Positions 29,894-40,440 of a stretch of DNA of 64,000 nucleotides are shown here, one piece after another; position 1 is the first letter of the stretch; each line of letters starts with the position of its first letter. The DNA lies in contig CAVSGI010000010.1 in the NCBI GenBank assembly GCA_963727445.1, forward strand, positions 1,408,001-1,472,000, in the 5' to 3' direction. The notes beneath the pieces are model-generated. The model searched no databases. It was not told where the DNA came from and saw only the letters and a program-made list of their open reading frames with translations. A program made the translations under genes and the position numbers. The DNA comes from an uncultured delta proteobacterium. Lineage in GTDB: Bacteria > Myxococcota_A > Polyangia > Polyangiales > B10-G4.

Positions 29894-30901
29894 TCAGGCG
29901 GGGGCGAGGAGGGCGCGGGCGGCCTCGACGATGCGCCCGACGTTGGGCAGGGAGGCCTGCTCGAGGTCGCGCGCGAAGGGGAGCGTGCCTCGTACGCAGA
30001 CCCGCGCGAAGCGCGGGGTCAGGCCGTGCTCGAGGGTGATGGCGGCGAGCTCGCCGGAGAGCCCGAAGCGCTCGAAGTCCTCGTCGACGACCAGGAGGCG
30101 CCCGGTCTCGTTCACCGACCGCACCACGGTGGCGGCGTCGAGAGGGCGAACGGTACGAAGGTCGATCACCTCGGCCTCGATGCCGTTGGTGGCGAGCGCG
30201 GCGGCGGCTTCGAGCGCGCGATGCACGGAGACGCCGAGGCTCACGACGGTGACGTCGCCGCCCTGTCGGCGGATCGCGGCTTCACCGATGGGGACGAGGG
30301 GAAGCGCTTCGGACACGTCCTCCTCGACGCCCGCGGCGGGCACGTCGAAGCTCACGTTGTCACGCCCGCCCGTGCCGAGGGTCTCGCGCCACAGGTCGCT
30401 CAGGAGCTTGTGCTCCATGAACACGACCGGTCCCTCGAAAGCGATCGCGCTCCGCATCAGGCCCGCCGCATCCCCGGGGGTCGATGGGACCACCACCGTG
30501 AGCCCCGGGATGCCGCCGAGCATGCCCCAGAGGCACTGCTCGTGCTGTCCTCCATCGCCCAGGCCCCCTCCGCACGGCGCGCGGAGCACCATCGGCACCT
30601 TCCATCGCCCTCCGGAGAACGCATCGACCTTGGCCATGTGGTTGAGCACCGCGTCCATCGCGACGGCGACGAAGTCGACCATGATGAGCTCGACGATGGG
30701 GCGCATCCCCGCCATGGCCGCCGCGACGCCGGCGCCGACGAAGGCCCCTTCGCTGATCGGCGTCGCGCGAATACGCTCGGGGCCGAAGTGCGCGAAGAGC
30801 TCGGGCCTGAGCCCGTGCACGTCCTCGCCCATCACGAAGACGCGGGGGTCCGCGTCCATCTCGAGGCGCACGGCGGCGTCGATGGCCTGACCAAACCTCA
30901 T
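29894..30901 (-). CDS. 2-oxoacid/acetoin dehydrogenase E1 beta subunit
   Basis: FVMGEDV, TPISEGAFVGAGVAAAMAGMRPIVE, EVIDLRTVRPLD; ATGA overlap with the corrected alpha stop. Confidence 0.92.
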   Translation of the reverse strand: MRFGQAIDAAVRLEMDADPRVFVMGEDVHGLRPELFAHFGPERIRATPISEGAFVGAGVAAAMAGMRPIVELIMVDFVAVAMDAVLNHMAKVDAFSGGRWKVPMVLRAPCGGGLGDGGQHEQCLWGMLGGIPGLTVVVPSTPGDAAGLMRSAIAFEGPVVFMEHKLLSDLWRETLGTGGRDNVSFDVPAAGVEEDVSEALPLVPIGEAAIRRQGGDVTVVSLGVSVHRALEAAAALATNGIEAEVIDLRTVRPLDAATVVRSVNETGRLLVVDEDFERFGLSGELAAITLEHGLTPRFARVCVRGTLPFARDLEQASLPNVGRIVEAARALLAPA

Positions 30902-31924
30902 GAGCCCTCCTCCTCGGTGATGGCACGAATGGCGGAGGCGACCTCGTCGACGAGCGCGCGATCGATGGCGTCCACCTCGGCTTCGTGACTCTTCACGAGC
31001 TTCTTTCGAATGCGGACGAGGGGATCGCGCCGGTCGCCGCGGCCCTCGCTCCGCGCCTTGATCATCGAGCCCGAGCATGGAGCCGAGGCTGCGCGCCCGC
31101 TCCGAGACCCCGGCCCCGCCCGAGCCGAAGAGCCCGCTCAAGAGCTCCCGGGTCGTCCCAATCGCCTGTTCGGAGGTGGGGTCTTTCGAGACCTTCACCA
31201 GGGGATCGCCCAGGAAGTGTCCGTCGAGGCGAGCCACTTGCGCGTGGAGAAGCGCCGGCCCCTTGCCGCGCCGCACGTCGTGAAGGAGCTTGCCGGCGAC
31301 GGCGTCGACCGCTTCGGGATCGGTTCCCTCCACGTCTTCCACGCGGAGACCGAAGCCGCGGGCGCGCTGCGAGAGCTCACCCCCCGTGACCTTCTCGCTC
31401 CGCGTGGTGATGGCCCAACCGTTGTCCTTGCAGACGAAGAGCACCGGCAGGCCCCAGGCCACGGCGAGGTTGAAGCTCTCGAGGACCATGCCCTGATTCA
31501 TGGCGCCGTCCCCGAAGAACGCGAAAGCGACCCCGCTCTCGCGACGCAGGTGGTGAGCCAGGGCGAACCCTACGGCGGCCGGCGCCGCAGCACCGACGAT
31601 CCCCGAGGCCGCGGCGTGGAATTCCGGCGCGTAGAGGTGCATGTGTCCCCCGCGGCCGCGACAGAGGCCCTCCTCGCGACCGATGCACTCGGCGAGAACG
31701 TCGCGCGCCGGCACGCCCAGGCCGGTCAGCACCGGGCTCGCGCGGTGATCGATGGCGTAGTAGTCGTCGGGCCCGCGATACGCGAGCAGCCCGGAGATCA
31801 ACGCCTCCTCCCCCGTCCCCAGGTGCATCTCGCCGGGCGCCAGCCCCCGATGCCAGAGCTCCGCCAGCCCCAGCTCCACGGCCCGCATCCGCGCCATCAC
31901 GCGGTAGTGGTCGAGCAGCTCCAT
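30898..31924 (-). CDS. 2-oxoacid/acetoin dehydrogenase E1 alpha subunit (apparent +1 frameshift near 31070)
   Basis: HLGTGEEA, GRGGHMH, TPP motif FFGDGA...KDN, RLDGH. The shifted frame gives DPLVRIRKKL..EVDAID..EEGS* ending at 30898. Confidence 0.9.
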
Positions 31925-31982
31925 CGCACCTCCAGAGACGAGAACTAGCCGCCGATCGAGCGCCCGCTACCCCAGTGATAGG

Positions 31983-32873
31983 ATGGGCGAGATGGAGCGG
32001 TGGGGTCTCGTGGGCTTGCTTCTATTCGCGAGCACTGCGTTCGCGTGCGGGGGCGATCGGCTGACGCTCTCGGTCGACGCGCGCTCGGATCTGAGCCCTG
32101 GGATGGAGTTCAACTCGGTGGTGGTGGAGGTCTTCAACGCGACCGCGCTCGACGGGCCCGCCCAGAGGACCACGCTGGCCAGCGCCGCGGACGACTTCGT
32201 GACAGGCGTGCGTGTGGCGGAGTTCGACGGGCTGGCGTCGGGGAGCGTCGTGGTCCACGTCGAGCTGAGGTCACCGGATGGTCCGGTCGTCGTCGAGCGT
32301 GACGTCCGCATCAGCGTCGAGGAAGACACCGGCGTCGTCGTGGTGCTGACGCGCGAGTGTGGCGGCGTCACCTGTCCGAACGCGAGCTCGGCTCCCGCCG
32401 CGACCGAATGTCTCGGAGGCGTCTGTGTCGAGCCCGATTGCAGCTCGCTGAACCGCGAGGCCTGCGGCGGCGCCGCTGGAGGCTGCACCACCGACGGGGA
32501 CTGCACGGTGTGTACCGCTGGGCAGTGTGTCGAGGGCGTCTGCTTCTGCACCACGACGCCGCCCCCGGGCACCTGCGGAGGCCTCGCCATGGATTGCGAC
32601 GGCAACCCGGACAACGGCTGCGAAACCGTGGTGGACACCATCGATCACTGCGGTGCCTGCGACAACGCTTGCGAGGTCCTGAGAGGGACGCCCGCCTGCA
32701 CCGACGGCGCCTGCACCGTCGAGAGCTGCGACACCGGCTGGGGCGACTGCAACGGCGACGGCAACTGCACCACCAACCTCACCTCCTCCACCACCGACTG
32801 CGGCCGCTGCGGCGACGAGTGCGGCCTCGGTGAGCGATGCTGCGACGGCAGCTGCAACGTGGCCTGTATTTGA
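31983..32873 (+). CDS. Cys-rich lipoprotein
   Basis: Lipobox-like AFAC; DCDGNPDNGCE, HCGACDNAC and DCGRCGDEC repeats. Confidence 0.85.
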   Translation: MGEMERWGLVGLLLFASTAFACGGDRLTLSVDARSDLSPGMEFNSVVVEVFNATALDGPAQRTTLASAADDFVTGVRVAEFDGLASGSVVVHVELRSPDGPVVVERDVRISVEEDTGVVVVLTRECGGVTCPNASSAPAATECLGGVCVEPDCSSLNREACGGAAGGCTTDGDCTVCTAGQCVEGVCFCTTTPPPGTCGGLAMDCDGNPDNGCETVVDTIDHCGACDNACEVLRGTPACTDGACTVESCDTGWGDCNGDGNCTTNLTSSTTDCGRCGDECGLGERCCDGSCNVACI

Positions 32874-33044
32874 GGCCCAGGGCGGTGCCCTAGGCAGGGC
32901 TGCCGACACACGGTCCGCCCAAAGCCGCGCGCACGTCCGCGCGCCATCGTGCGTCTCCAGACACACACGTCGTGGCCGTCGATAGACGCACTCCCGCGAC
33001 GCGTCGCGAATTCTCCAACTGTTTCGTCCTCGATCCCCGCGGCA

Positions 33045-33060
33045 CGGCACTCGCTTTGCG
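33045..33060 (+). promoter_or_regulatory. Sigma-54 (-24/-12) promoter candidate CGGCAC-TCGCT-TTGC
   Basis: One mismatch to TGGCAC-N5-TTGC; ~55 bp upstream of ATG 33114, which has a GAGGAGG RBS. Confidence 0.6.
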
Positions 33061-33113
33061 TGGGGACACGTCTCGTCCGCGCCCATGTCGCGTCGAGGCT
33101 TTGAGGAGGAACG

Positions 33114-36100
33114 ATGACGAAGCGCAGGCAGCGGTCCGAGGGGGCCGGAGGCGGGCGAGTAGCGCCCCGTTACCGAAGGGTCCGACTGGGGTGGGCGGGT
33201 GCGCCCTTCGGGATCATGGCGGCGGTGATCGGCTGGTCCATGATCGTCAACGGCTGTCCTTCGTCGGTGTCGGAGTCGCGCACGGCGCACGAGACCACGG
33301 CCGAGCGCGAGGTCGGGACGTTCCAGCCCGTCGCCGACGCGGAGAGGGCGCAGACACCGAGCGCCGCAGAGCTCCTCGAGGAGGCGCTCGCCGGGATCGA
33401 CGGCGAAGGAGACGGCGCGCTCGGCTCGCGCATGCAGGTGCGCGAGATCCGCGTGCCCAGCCCGCCCCGCGGCGCCACCTCGCGCTTCAATTTCGACGGC
33501 GGAAAGCGCGGCTGGGTCACGGCGCTGCCCTCCGAGCAGCTCCTGGCCACGCCCGCGTTCACGGGCGGCAAGGTCTACCTCGGCGGCGGCTTCGCCTCGC
33601 ACCGCTTCTTCGCCTTCGACGCCTACAACGGCGAGATGCAGTGGACCGTGGGCGCCCCCGACGGCGGCCCCACCGCGGCCATCGTCTACAAGGACCGCGT
33701 CATCTTCAACACCGAGAGCTGCACCATCTTCGTCGCCGACGCGGAGACCGGCGAGCTCCTCTGGAAGCGCTGGCTCGGCGACCCGCTGATGAGCCAGGCC
33801 GCCGCCGCCGAAGACCTGGTGATGAGCGCCTACCCGAAGGACGGCAGCCACGAGTTCGGCGCCTTCCGCATCGCCGACGGCGAGCCCGTGTGGTCGATCG
33901 ACATCCCCGCCGACGTGATCCAGGCGCCGCAGGTCTACGGCAACGACGTCTTCTTCACGACGATGGACGGCACTGCCCATCGTGTCCGCGTCCGCGACGG
34001 ACACGTCCTGTGGCAGAAGGACGTCGGCGCCTCGAGCGCGGTCTGGGTCGACGGCGAGAGCGTGCTGCTCTCGACGCGTGTCGACCGCGGGGGCCGCCCT
34101 CACGAGCAGCCGGTGGTCCTCGACATCCGCAGCGGGCGCATCACCAACCGCGGCGAGATCGCCCTGGCGCCCTACCTCGGCGGCGGCAGCCGCGATCGCC
34201 AGATGACCCAGACTCAGATGGGCGCCTGGGGCGGCGTGCCCCACGGCGAGCACCTCGGCCTCACCAACGTCGCCGCCGGCTGGGCCTTCCAGGGCAGCAC
34301 GCCGGCCGTCGCGGACGGACGCGCCTACTTCGCCGTCGCGGGCGAGATCCGCGCCCGCGACATCGCCACCGGCGACGACGTCTGGACGCGCAGCTACGGC
34401 GCCGCCGAGGGCGCGCAGGCCATCAGCCCGCCGGCCGTCGTCGGCAGCCAGCTCTTCTTCGGCACCCTCGAGGGCCAGGTCTACGCCGCCGACATCGACA
34501 CCGGCATGATCCAGTGGGCCTACGACATCGGCGAGCCGGTCGTCTTCCAGCCCATCGTCGCCCAGGGCTGGCTCTACGTCGCCACCGGCCGCGGCAATCT
34601 CATCGGCCTCGAGATCGGCGACCACATGGTCGACGGCTGGCACATGTGGGGTGGCAACGCCCAGCACGCGGGCCTCGTCGAGACCGCGGGCACCCTCGAC
34701 CCGCACCTGCTCGCGAGCCTCGACCGCCCCGGCCAGGGCACGATGCGTGTCGGCCGCTTCGAGGAGCGCACGGGTGCATCGCCCGAAGAGATCGCAGCCG
34801 AAGCGCGCGCCGCCGCGGAAGCCGCAGAGGCGACCGACGCGACGCCTGCGCCGCCCGAAGACCCGCACCCCGATCTCCCCCTCGTCTCCACCAACGTCGA
34901 GGCCACGGTCTCCGGGATGGTCGCGCGGGTGAACGTCACCCAGAGCTTCACCAACGACAACGACCGCCCCATCGAGGCGCTCTATCTCTTCCCGCTCCCC
35001 GCCGACTCGGCGGTGGACGACATGGAGATGATCATCGGCGATCGCGTCGTCCGCGGTCAGATCAAGCGCCGCGCCCAGGCCCGTCAGACCTACGAGGCCG
35101 CCCGCGCCGAGGGCCGACGCGCGGCGCTCCTCGAGCAGCAACGCCCGAACCTCTTCGCCCAGCGCGTCGCCAACATCGCCCCCGGCGAGCGCATCGACGT
35201 GCGCCTGAGCTACGTCCAGGCCCTGCCTTTCGAGGACGGCGCTTACGAGCTCGTCTACCCGATGGTCGCCCCGAACCGATACGACCCGAGCGATCCCAGC
35301 GCGGCGCTCGGCGAGGTTGGCGAGGTCCGCCAGGCGAACGGCATCTCGATCGCCCTCGACATCGACGCGGGCCTGCCCCTCGGCGCCATCGAATCCCCCA
35401 CCCACGACATCGCCATCGAGCGCGAAGGCAGCCAGGGCGCGAAGGTGCGCCTCGAAGACGCCGGCCAGATCGCCAACCGCGACTTCGTCCTTCGATACGA
35501 CGTCTCCGGCGAGACGCCGCGGGCGAGCGTCATGGCGCATCGCGCCGCCGGCGCTGACGAGGCCGGACACTTCTCCCTCGTGGTGCAGCCACCCGCTGCT
35601 CCCGCCGACGACACCGTCACCCCGCGCGAGATCGTCTTCGTCGTCGACACCAGCTCCTCGATGAAGGGGAGACCGATGGAGCACGCCCGCGCGGTGATGC
35701 GCCGCGCCCTCGGCACGGTGCGCGCGAGCGACACCTTCCAGGTCCTCGCCTTCAGCGACCGCGTCGTCTCCCTCGGCAGCCGCCCCCTCGCCTGGTCCGA
35801 GGAGAACATCACCCGCGCCGAGAGCTTCGTCGACGGCATCCGCGCCACCGGCTCCACCGAGATGATCCCCGCCATCGAGGCCGCGCTGAACACCGAAGAC
35901 GACGGAGACGATCGCCTGAAGCTCGTGGTCCTCGTCACCGACGGTTTCATCGGCAACGAAGCGGAGGTCCTGCGCAGCATCGCCGAAAACCTCGGCGAGA
36001 CCCGGCTCTACACCTTCGGCGTCGGCAACAACACCAACCGCTTCCTCCTGGAGCGCGCGAGCGAGATCGGCCGCGGCCGCAGCGTCGTCGCGACCCTCTC

Positions 36101-37181
36101 CGAGGATCCCGAAGCGGTCGCGGAGCGCTTCGCGGCGCTGGTCGACAAGCCCGTCTTCACCGACGTGGAGATCGACTGGGGCGGCCTCGAAGTCAGCGAC
36201 GTCTACCCGCGCCGCCTGCCCGACCTCTTCGCCGGAAAGCCCCTCGTCGTCCACGGACGCTTCGCCCGCGGCGGCCGCGCCGAGGTGAAGGTGCGCGGTT
36301 CGGTGAACGGTCGTCGCTTCGAGCGAGTGGTCCCCGTCGAGCTCCCGAACGAGAGCACCGACGACACCAACGCCGCCCACGCGACCCTCTGGGCGCGCGC
36401 CGCGGTGCACGACCGCATGAACCGCATCTTCCTCCGCGACGACCCCGAGCTCATCGAGGAGGTCACCGACCTGGGCCTGCGCTATCGGATGGTCACGCAG
36501 TACACGTCCTTCGTCGCCGTCGAAGAGGTCCGCGAGGAGCCCGAGGCCGAAGAAGGCGAGCCCGAAGCACAGGCCCGCGCCACCGTGAGCCCGGCGCGCT
36601 CGCTGCCAGGCGATCCGGAGATCCGCATCCCCGCACCCGCGAACGCGCGCGCCGTCACCGTCATCCTGCCCTTCGGGGAGACCCTCGACGCGAGCTGGGA
36701 GAGCGATCTCTCGGTCTGGACCGCGCGCTTCTTGATCCCGGCGGACGCCGAGGAGGGGAGCTACCCGATCGAGGTGCTGATCACCCACGCCGACGGGCAC
36801 TCCGAACGCATGCGCGTCTGGTACACGGTCGACGCGTCGGCGGCGCAGCTCGAGGTCGAGGTGGATGGCGAGGTGCGACCGGGCAACACCGTCACCCTCC
36901 GCGCCCGGCAGGTCATCACCGAGCGCGACCTCATCCAGGCCGGCATGAGCGCGAACGCCGAGATCACCGAGGCGCGCGCTCAGTTCCTGAGCGACGCCCG
37001 GGACGTGCAGCTCCGCGCCGCCGAGGGCGACGTGCTCGACTTCACCATCGCGGGCCCTGGCCTGTGGGAAGTCGAGTACGAGGTCCCATCCGACGCCCGC
37101 GGCACGCTCTCCCTCGAGCTCTTCATCGTGGACCTCGCGGCCAACGTCTCCACCCAGAGCGTCGAGCTGGAGGTCCAGTGA
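33114..37181 (+). CDS. PQQ-like beta-propeller + VIT + vWA + Ig-like fusion protein
   Basis: xDxxTGxxxW propeller repeats; VIT segment (VNVTQSFTN..IEALYLFPLP..AVDDM..ALLEQQRPNLF); vWA FVVDTSSSM, GSTEM and LVTDG; VTQYTSFVAVE. Confidence 0.9.
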   Translation: MTKRRQRSEGAGGGRVAPRYRRVRLGWAGAPFGIMAAVIGWSMIVNGCPSSVSESRTAHETTAEREVGTFQPVADAERAQTPSAAELLEEALAGIDGEGDGALGSRMQVREIRVPSPPRGATSRFNFDGGKRGWVTALPSEQLLATPAFTGGKVYLGGGFASHRFFAFDAYNGEMQWTVGAPDGGPTAAIVYKDRVIFNTESCTIFVADAETGELLWKRWLGDPLMSQAAAAEDLVMSAYPKDGSHEFGAFRIADGEPVWSIDIPADVIQAPQVYGNDVFFTTMDGTAHRVRVRDGHVLWQKDVGASSAVWVDGESVLLSTRVDRGGRPHEQPVVLDIRSGRITNRGEIALAPYLGGGSRDRQMTQTQMGAWGGVPHGEHLGLTNVAAGWAFQGSTPAVADGRAYFAVAGEIRARDIATGDDVWTRSYGAAEGAQAISPPAVVGSQLFFGTLEGQVYAADIDTGMIQWAYDIGEPVVFQPIVAQGWLYVATGRGNLIGLEIGDHMVDGWHMWGGNAQHAGLVETAGTLDPHLLASLDRPGQGTMRVGRFEERTGASPEEIAAEARAAAEAAEATDATPAPPEDPHPDLPLVSTNVEATVSGMVARVNVTQSFTNDNDRPIEALYLFPLPADSAVDDMEMIIGDRVVRGQIKRRAQARQTYEAARAEGRRAALLEQQRPNLFAQRVANIAPGERIDVRLSYVQALPFEDGAYELVYPMVAPNRYDPSDPSAALGEVGEVRQANGISIALDIDAGLPLGAIESPTHDIAIEREGSQGAKVRLEDAGQIANRDFVLRYDVSGETPRASVMAHRAAGADEAGHFSLVVQPPAAPADDTVTPREIVFVVDTSSSMKGRPMEHARAVMRRALGTVRASDTFQVLAFSDRVVSLGSRPLAWSEENITRAESFVDGIRATGSTEMIPAIEAALNTEDDGDDRLKLVVLVTDGFIGNEAEVLRSIAENLGETRLYTFGVGNNTNRFLLERASEIGRGRSVVATLSEDPEAVAERFAALVDKPVFTDVEIDWGGLEVSDVYPRRLPDLFAGKPLVVHGRFARGGRAEVKVRGSVNGRRFERVVPVELPNESTDDTNAAHATLWARAAVHDRMNRIFLRDDPELIEEVTDLGLRYRMVTQYTSFVAVEEVREEPEAEEGEPEAQARATVSPARSLPGDPEIRIPAPANARAVTVILPFGETLDASWESDLSVWTARFLIPADAEEGSYPIEVLITHADGHSERMRVWYTVDASAAQLEVEVDGEVRPGNTVTLRARQVITERDLIQAGMSANAEITEARAQFLSDARDVQLRAAEGDVLDFTIAGPGLWEVEYEVPSDARGTLSLELFIVDLAANVSTQSVELEVQ

Positions 37182-39007
37182 TGCGTCTCGCTCTCGCGCC
37201 TTTCGTTCTCACGCTGGCCCTCGCTTCCACGGCGACGGCCCAGCGCGAGGCGCGCGTCGTGGACGTGATCACGGCCACGGGCGACGTCCACGACATCGCC
37301 ATCCTCGGCGATCGCACGCTGGTCGCCACGAGCGGTGGCCTGGTCGTGCGACGCGGGGGCGAGGTGGAGCGCGTCCTCGGCGCGCGCGATGGGCTGCCGG
37401 GTGCGCGCCTTCGCTCGGTGAGCGTGCTCGGCGAAGAGGTGCTCGCGGGCGGCGTCGAGGGCGCGGCGATCCTTCGCCTCGACGCCGACGGAAGCGCCCG
37501 CGTGACCCGGCGTCTTTCGCTTCGCCGCGTTCGCCGCGCGGTGCGCTTCGGCGACGCGATCTGGGCAGGCACGTATGGCACCGGTCTCTATCGCATCCGC
37601 GACGGCGAAGCGCCCGAGCGGATCGATCTCGGCCGCGCGGCCCCGCGCAGCCGCGTCACCGACCTGCTGGTGCGCGGCGACGAGCTCTGGGTCGCCACCG
37701 CCGGCTCGGGGATCCTCCGCGTGGGCGCCGATGGACGGCGCCGCGGCCGCATCGCCGGGGGTCTGAGCGAGCTGATGGTCTGGGACCTCGAGCCCGCCGG
37801 CGACCGCGTCCTCGTCGGAACGCTGAACGGCATCTCGGTGATCGACGGCGAGCGCCGCATCGACGCGCATGCCCGCGAAGCACGCAGCGCGCGATTTCTC
37901 CGCGTCCGCGACGTCCGCGCGCTCCATCGCGCCGGCGAGCAGCTCTTCGTCGCAACCTATGGCGGCGGCGTCTATCGTCTCGACGCCGGCACCGAGCGTC
38001 CGACGCGCCTTCACCATCGCGACGGCGACCTCCGCGCCGTCGCGGTCGCCGGGGCAGAAGGCACCATCCTCGTCGGCCACGATCACGGCCTGGCCCGCAC
38101 CGAGGGCGAGCGCCGCCTCACCTCGCTCAGCACCGGCGGCCTGCCCTCGTCCGACGTCACCGCCGTGACCCGCGCCTTCGGCGCGATGTGGATCGGCACC
38201 TTCGACGGCGGCCTCGCCCGCTACGACGGTCATCGGGTCGAGGCGCAGACGCGCGCAGCGGAGCGCTTCCACGTCGATGGGCGCATCAACGATCTGGCGG
38301 TCACGGGACGGGGCGGGAGCCAACGGCTGTGGATCGCCACCGACCGCGGTCTCTTCGTCCACGACGGCCGCCGCTTCACGCCGGTCGAAGACGCCGCCGC
38401 GCCCGGGCGCGTGCACATTACGTCGCTGGACGTCGCCCCCGACGGCGCGCTGTGGGTCACGAGCTCGCGCCTCTTGTCACGCTACCGACGCGGACAGTGG
38501 CGGAGCTGGTCGGGGGATCCGAGCTTCCCCGTCGTGAACCTGCACGCGGTGACCACCGACCGGCACGGTCGCGTCTGGGTCGGCAGCCTGCACGGGCTCT
38601 ACCAATTCGACGAGGCCACCGGGACCTTCGCTCGGCACACGACCGCGAGCGGCGCGCTTCCGGTCGACTGGGTCACGGCCGTCGAGCCCTGGCACGACGG
38701 CGTGGTGATCGGCACCTATCACGGCGGCCTCTCCTGGACGGACGGAAGCGCGTTCGACGTCGAGCGCGTGAGCCGCGGCGGGCTCCCCGCGGGCTGGGTC
38801 AATCCCCACGCCATGCGCTTCATCGGGGGAAAGCTCTTCGTCGGCACCCTCGAACGGGGTCTGTTGGTCGGAAACCGAGGGCAGTGGACGCAGCTCACCG
38901 CGGCCGATGGGCTCCCGAGCGCGGACGTCACCGACGTCATCCCCGACGGCAGCGGCGCGGCCTGGGTCGCGACCCGCGGCGGCCTGGCGCGGATCGTCTG
39001 GAACTGA
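37181..39007 (+). CDS. Secreted beta-propeller (two-component regulator propeller-like repeats)
   Basis: Signal peptide; repeated GLPS.DVT, WIGT..GGL and WVATxGGL blades; TGATG overlap with the upstream gene. Confidence 0.85.
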   Translation: MRLALAPFVLTLALASTATAQREARVVDVITATGDVHDIAILGDRTLVATSGGLVVRRGGEVERVLGARDGLPGARLRSVSVLGEEVLAGGVEGAAILRLDADGSARVTRRLSLRRVRRAVRFGDAIWAGTYGTGLYRIRDGEAPERIDLGRAAPRSRVTDLLVRGDELWVATAGSGILRVGADGRRRGRIAGGLSELMVWDLEPAGDRVLVGTLNGISVIDGERRIDAHAREARSARFLRVRDVRALHRAGEQLFVATYGGGVYRLDAGTERPTRLHHRDGDLRAVAVAGAEGTILVGHDHGLARTEGERRLTSLSTGGLPSSDVTAVTRAFGAMWIGTFDGGLARYDGHRVEAQTRAAERFHVDGRINDLAVTGRGGSQRLWIATDRGLFVHDGRRFTPVEDAAAPGRVHITSLDVAPDGALWVTSSRLLSRYRRGQWRSWSGDPSFPVVNLHAVTTDRHGRVWVGSLHGLYQFDEATGTFARHTTASGALPVDWVTAVEPWHDGVVIGTYHGGLSWTDGSAFDVERVSRGGLPAGWVNPHAMRFIGGKLFVGTLERGLLVGNRGQWTQLTAADGLPSADVTDVIPDGSGAAWVATRGGLARIVWN

Positions 39008-39051
39008 AGCGCGCCCGAGCGGACCTCGGCAACTTGCGCTACGCTAGGAGG

Positions 39052-39909
39052 GTGCGACGCCTGTTCGCGCTCTTTTCGGCTTTCTTGATGGTTGGATGCG
39101 GTCTGACCCTGGATCCCGACGTTCAAGACGCCGACGCTGACCCCTCACGTCGCATGGACAGCGGTCGTCGCGACGGCGGATCGCGCGACTCGGGTCGACA
39201 GGACTCCACCGCTGATAGTGCACGCGGCGACGCGATGACGGACTCGGGAAGCACGGGAGACGCGACCGTGGTCGACGCCTGCGTCGCCGCCTCCACCGAG
39301 ACCTGCAACAACGCGGACGACGACTGCGACGGCAGGGTCGACGAGGACTTCGACTTCACCTCCGATCTCCTGAACTGCGGCAGCTGCGGGACGGCGTGCT
39401 CGACCGACGGGACGCCTGCGCTCTGCATGGACGGGACGTGTCACGTGAGTTGTTATCTGGGCCGCGCCGACTGCGACACCAACCCGTTGAACGGATGCGA
39501 AGCGGATCTCTCCTCGCCCGCCACGTGCGGCACGTGCATGACGGAGTGCGGAGGAAGCGACCGGTGTGGCAGCAGCGCCGGGGGCAGCTACTCGTGCTCG
39601 GGAGACTGTCCGATGGGGACGACCGACTGCTCGGGCACGTGCATCGACCTCTACACCGACGCCCGCAACTGTGGCGATTGCGGAGCGGCCTGCCCGACCG
39701 GCCAGACATGCAACGACGGATCCTGCGTCACGGCCAGCTGTGGCGGCGGCCTTGGCTGGGCCATCGCGGGAACCGGGGACAGGTGCACCGCGACGTGCGG
39801 CCTGAGGGAGATCCAATGCACATCGGGTGTATGCACCTGCACGACCACCGGCGATGTGTGCATGGCGACCGCATGTGACACCGCGGTCGCCGCAGACTGC
39901 TGCCCCTGA
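39052..39909 (+). CDS. Cys-rich lipoprotein
   Basis: AGGAGG RBS; lipobox MVGC; ETCNNADDDCDGRVDE and NCGxCGxAC repeats. Confidence 0.85.
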   Translation: MRRLFALFSAFLMVGCGLTLDPDVQDADADPSRRMDSGRRDGGSRDSGRQDSTADSARGDAMTDSGSTGDATVVDACVAASTETCNNADDDCDGRVDEDFDFTSDLLNCGSCGTACSTDGTPALCMDGTCHVSCYLGRADCDTNPLNGCEADLSSPATCGTCMTECGGSDRCGSSAGGSYSCSGDCPMGTTDCSGTCIDLYTDARNCGDCGAACPTGQTCNDGSCVTASCGGGLGWAIAGTGDRCTATCGLREIQCTSGVCTCTTTGDVCMATACDTAVAADCCP

Positions 39910-39910
39910 A

Positions 39911-40387
39911 TCAGCCGCGCCGCTTCGCCGAGAAGTGAGCGAGCTGCGCGCGCGCGCCGCTACGCGCCTTCTTCTGGATCACTCCGGTCCAACCGAGCAG
40001 CACCGCCGGCAGCCCGATCGCCTGCCGTGACCACGCCCCGAAGTCGAAGCTGTCCTCGTGCTCGACGATCAGCCCGTCCGCGAAGCGGAAACGGGCATCG
40101 ATCACGTTGTGCACCTTCTTGCCCGTCGCGCTGAAGGTGTACCAGGCCTCCCAATGGGCGGACCCTTTCTCGTCGTCGGCGACCACGTCGCGATGCTCGA
40201 CGCGCAAGTCCGCGGCGCGGCCGCAGAGCATGCGCCACATGTCGCCCGCTTCCTCGCCCTCGAGCCCCACGAAAACCGGATCGCTGAAACGAACGTTCGG
40301 CGCATAGCAGCGTGCCATCGCCTCCGCGTCGTGTGCGGCGAAGGCGCGGTAGAATCCGTCGACCAGCTCGGCGTTGGGATGAGCCAT
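39911..40387 (-). CDS. SnoaL/NTF2-like protein
   Basis: FYRAFAAHDAEAMARCY..FSDPVF..MWRML..HWEAWYTFS..IVEHEDSFD. Confidence 0.9.
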   Translation of the reverse strand: MAHPNAELVDGFYRAFAAHDAEAMARCYAPNVRFSDPVFVGLEGEEAGDMWRMLCGRAADLRVEHRDVVADDEKGSAHWEAWYTFSATGKKVHNVIDARFRFADGLIVEHEDSFDFGAWSRQAIGLPAVLLGWTGVIQKKARSGARAQLAHFSAKRRG

Positions 40388-40440
40388 GGCGGCAGTATAG
40401 GCGTCCCCCGCTCGTGAACGAAGCCGGCTACCATCGCTGC

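Noticed and set aside
29894..31924. 676-aa natural E1 alpha-beta fusion
   Set aside because: The junction peptide is out-of-frame nonsense. A one-base shift near 31070 restores a normal alpha C-terminus that stops with an ATGA overlap on beta.
32271..36800. Long antisense ORFs (1509 aa here; also 16829-19435, 19598-21898, 45197-47416, 48165-50291)
   Set aside because: Shadow ORFs produced by high-GC codon bias opposite well-supported genes; no recognisable motifs.
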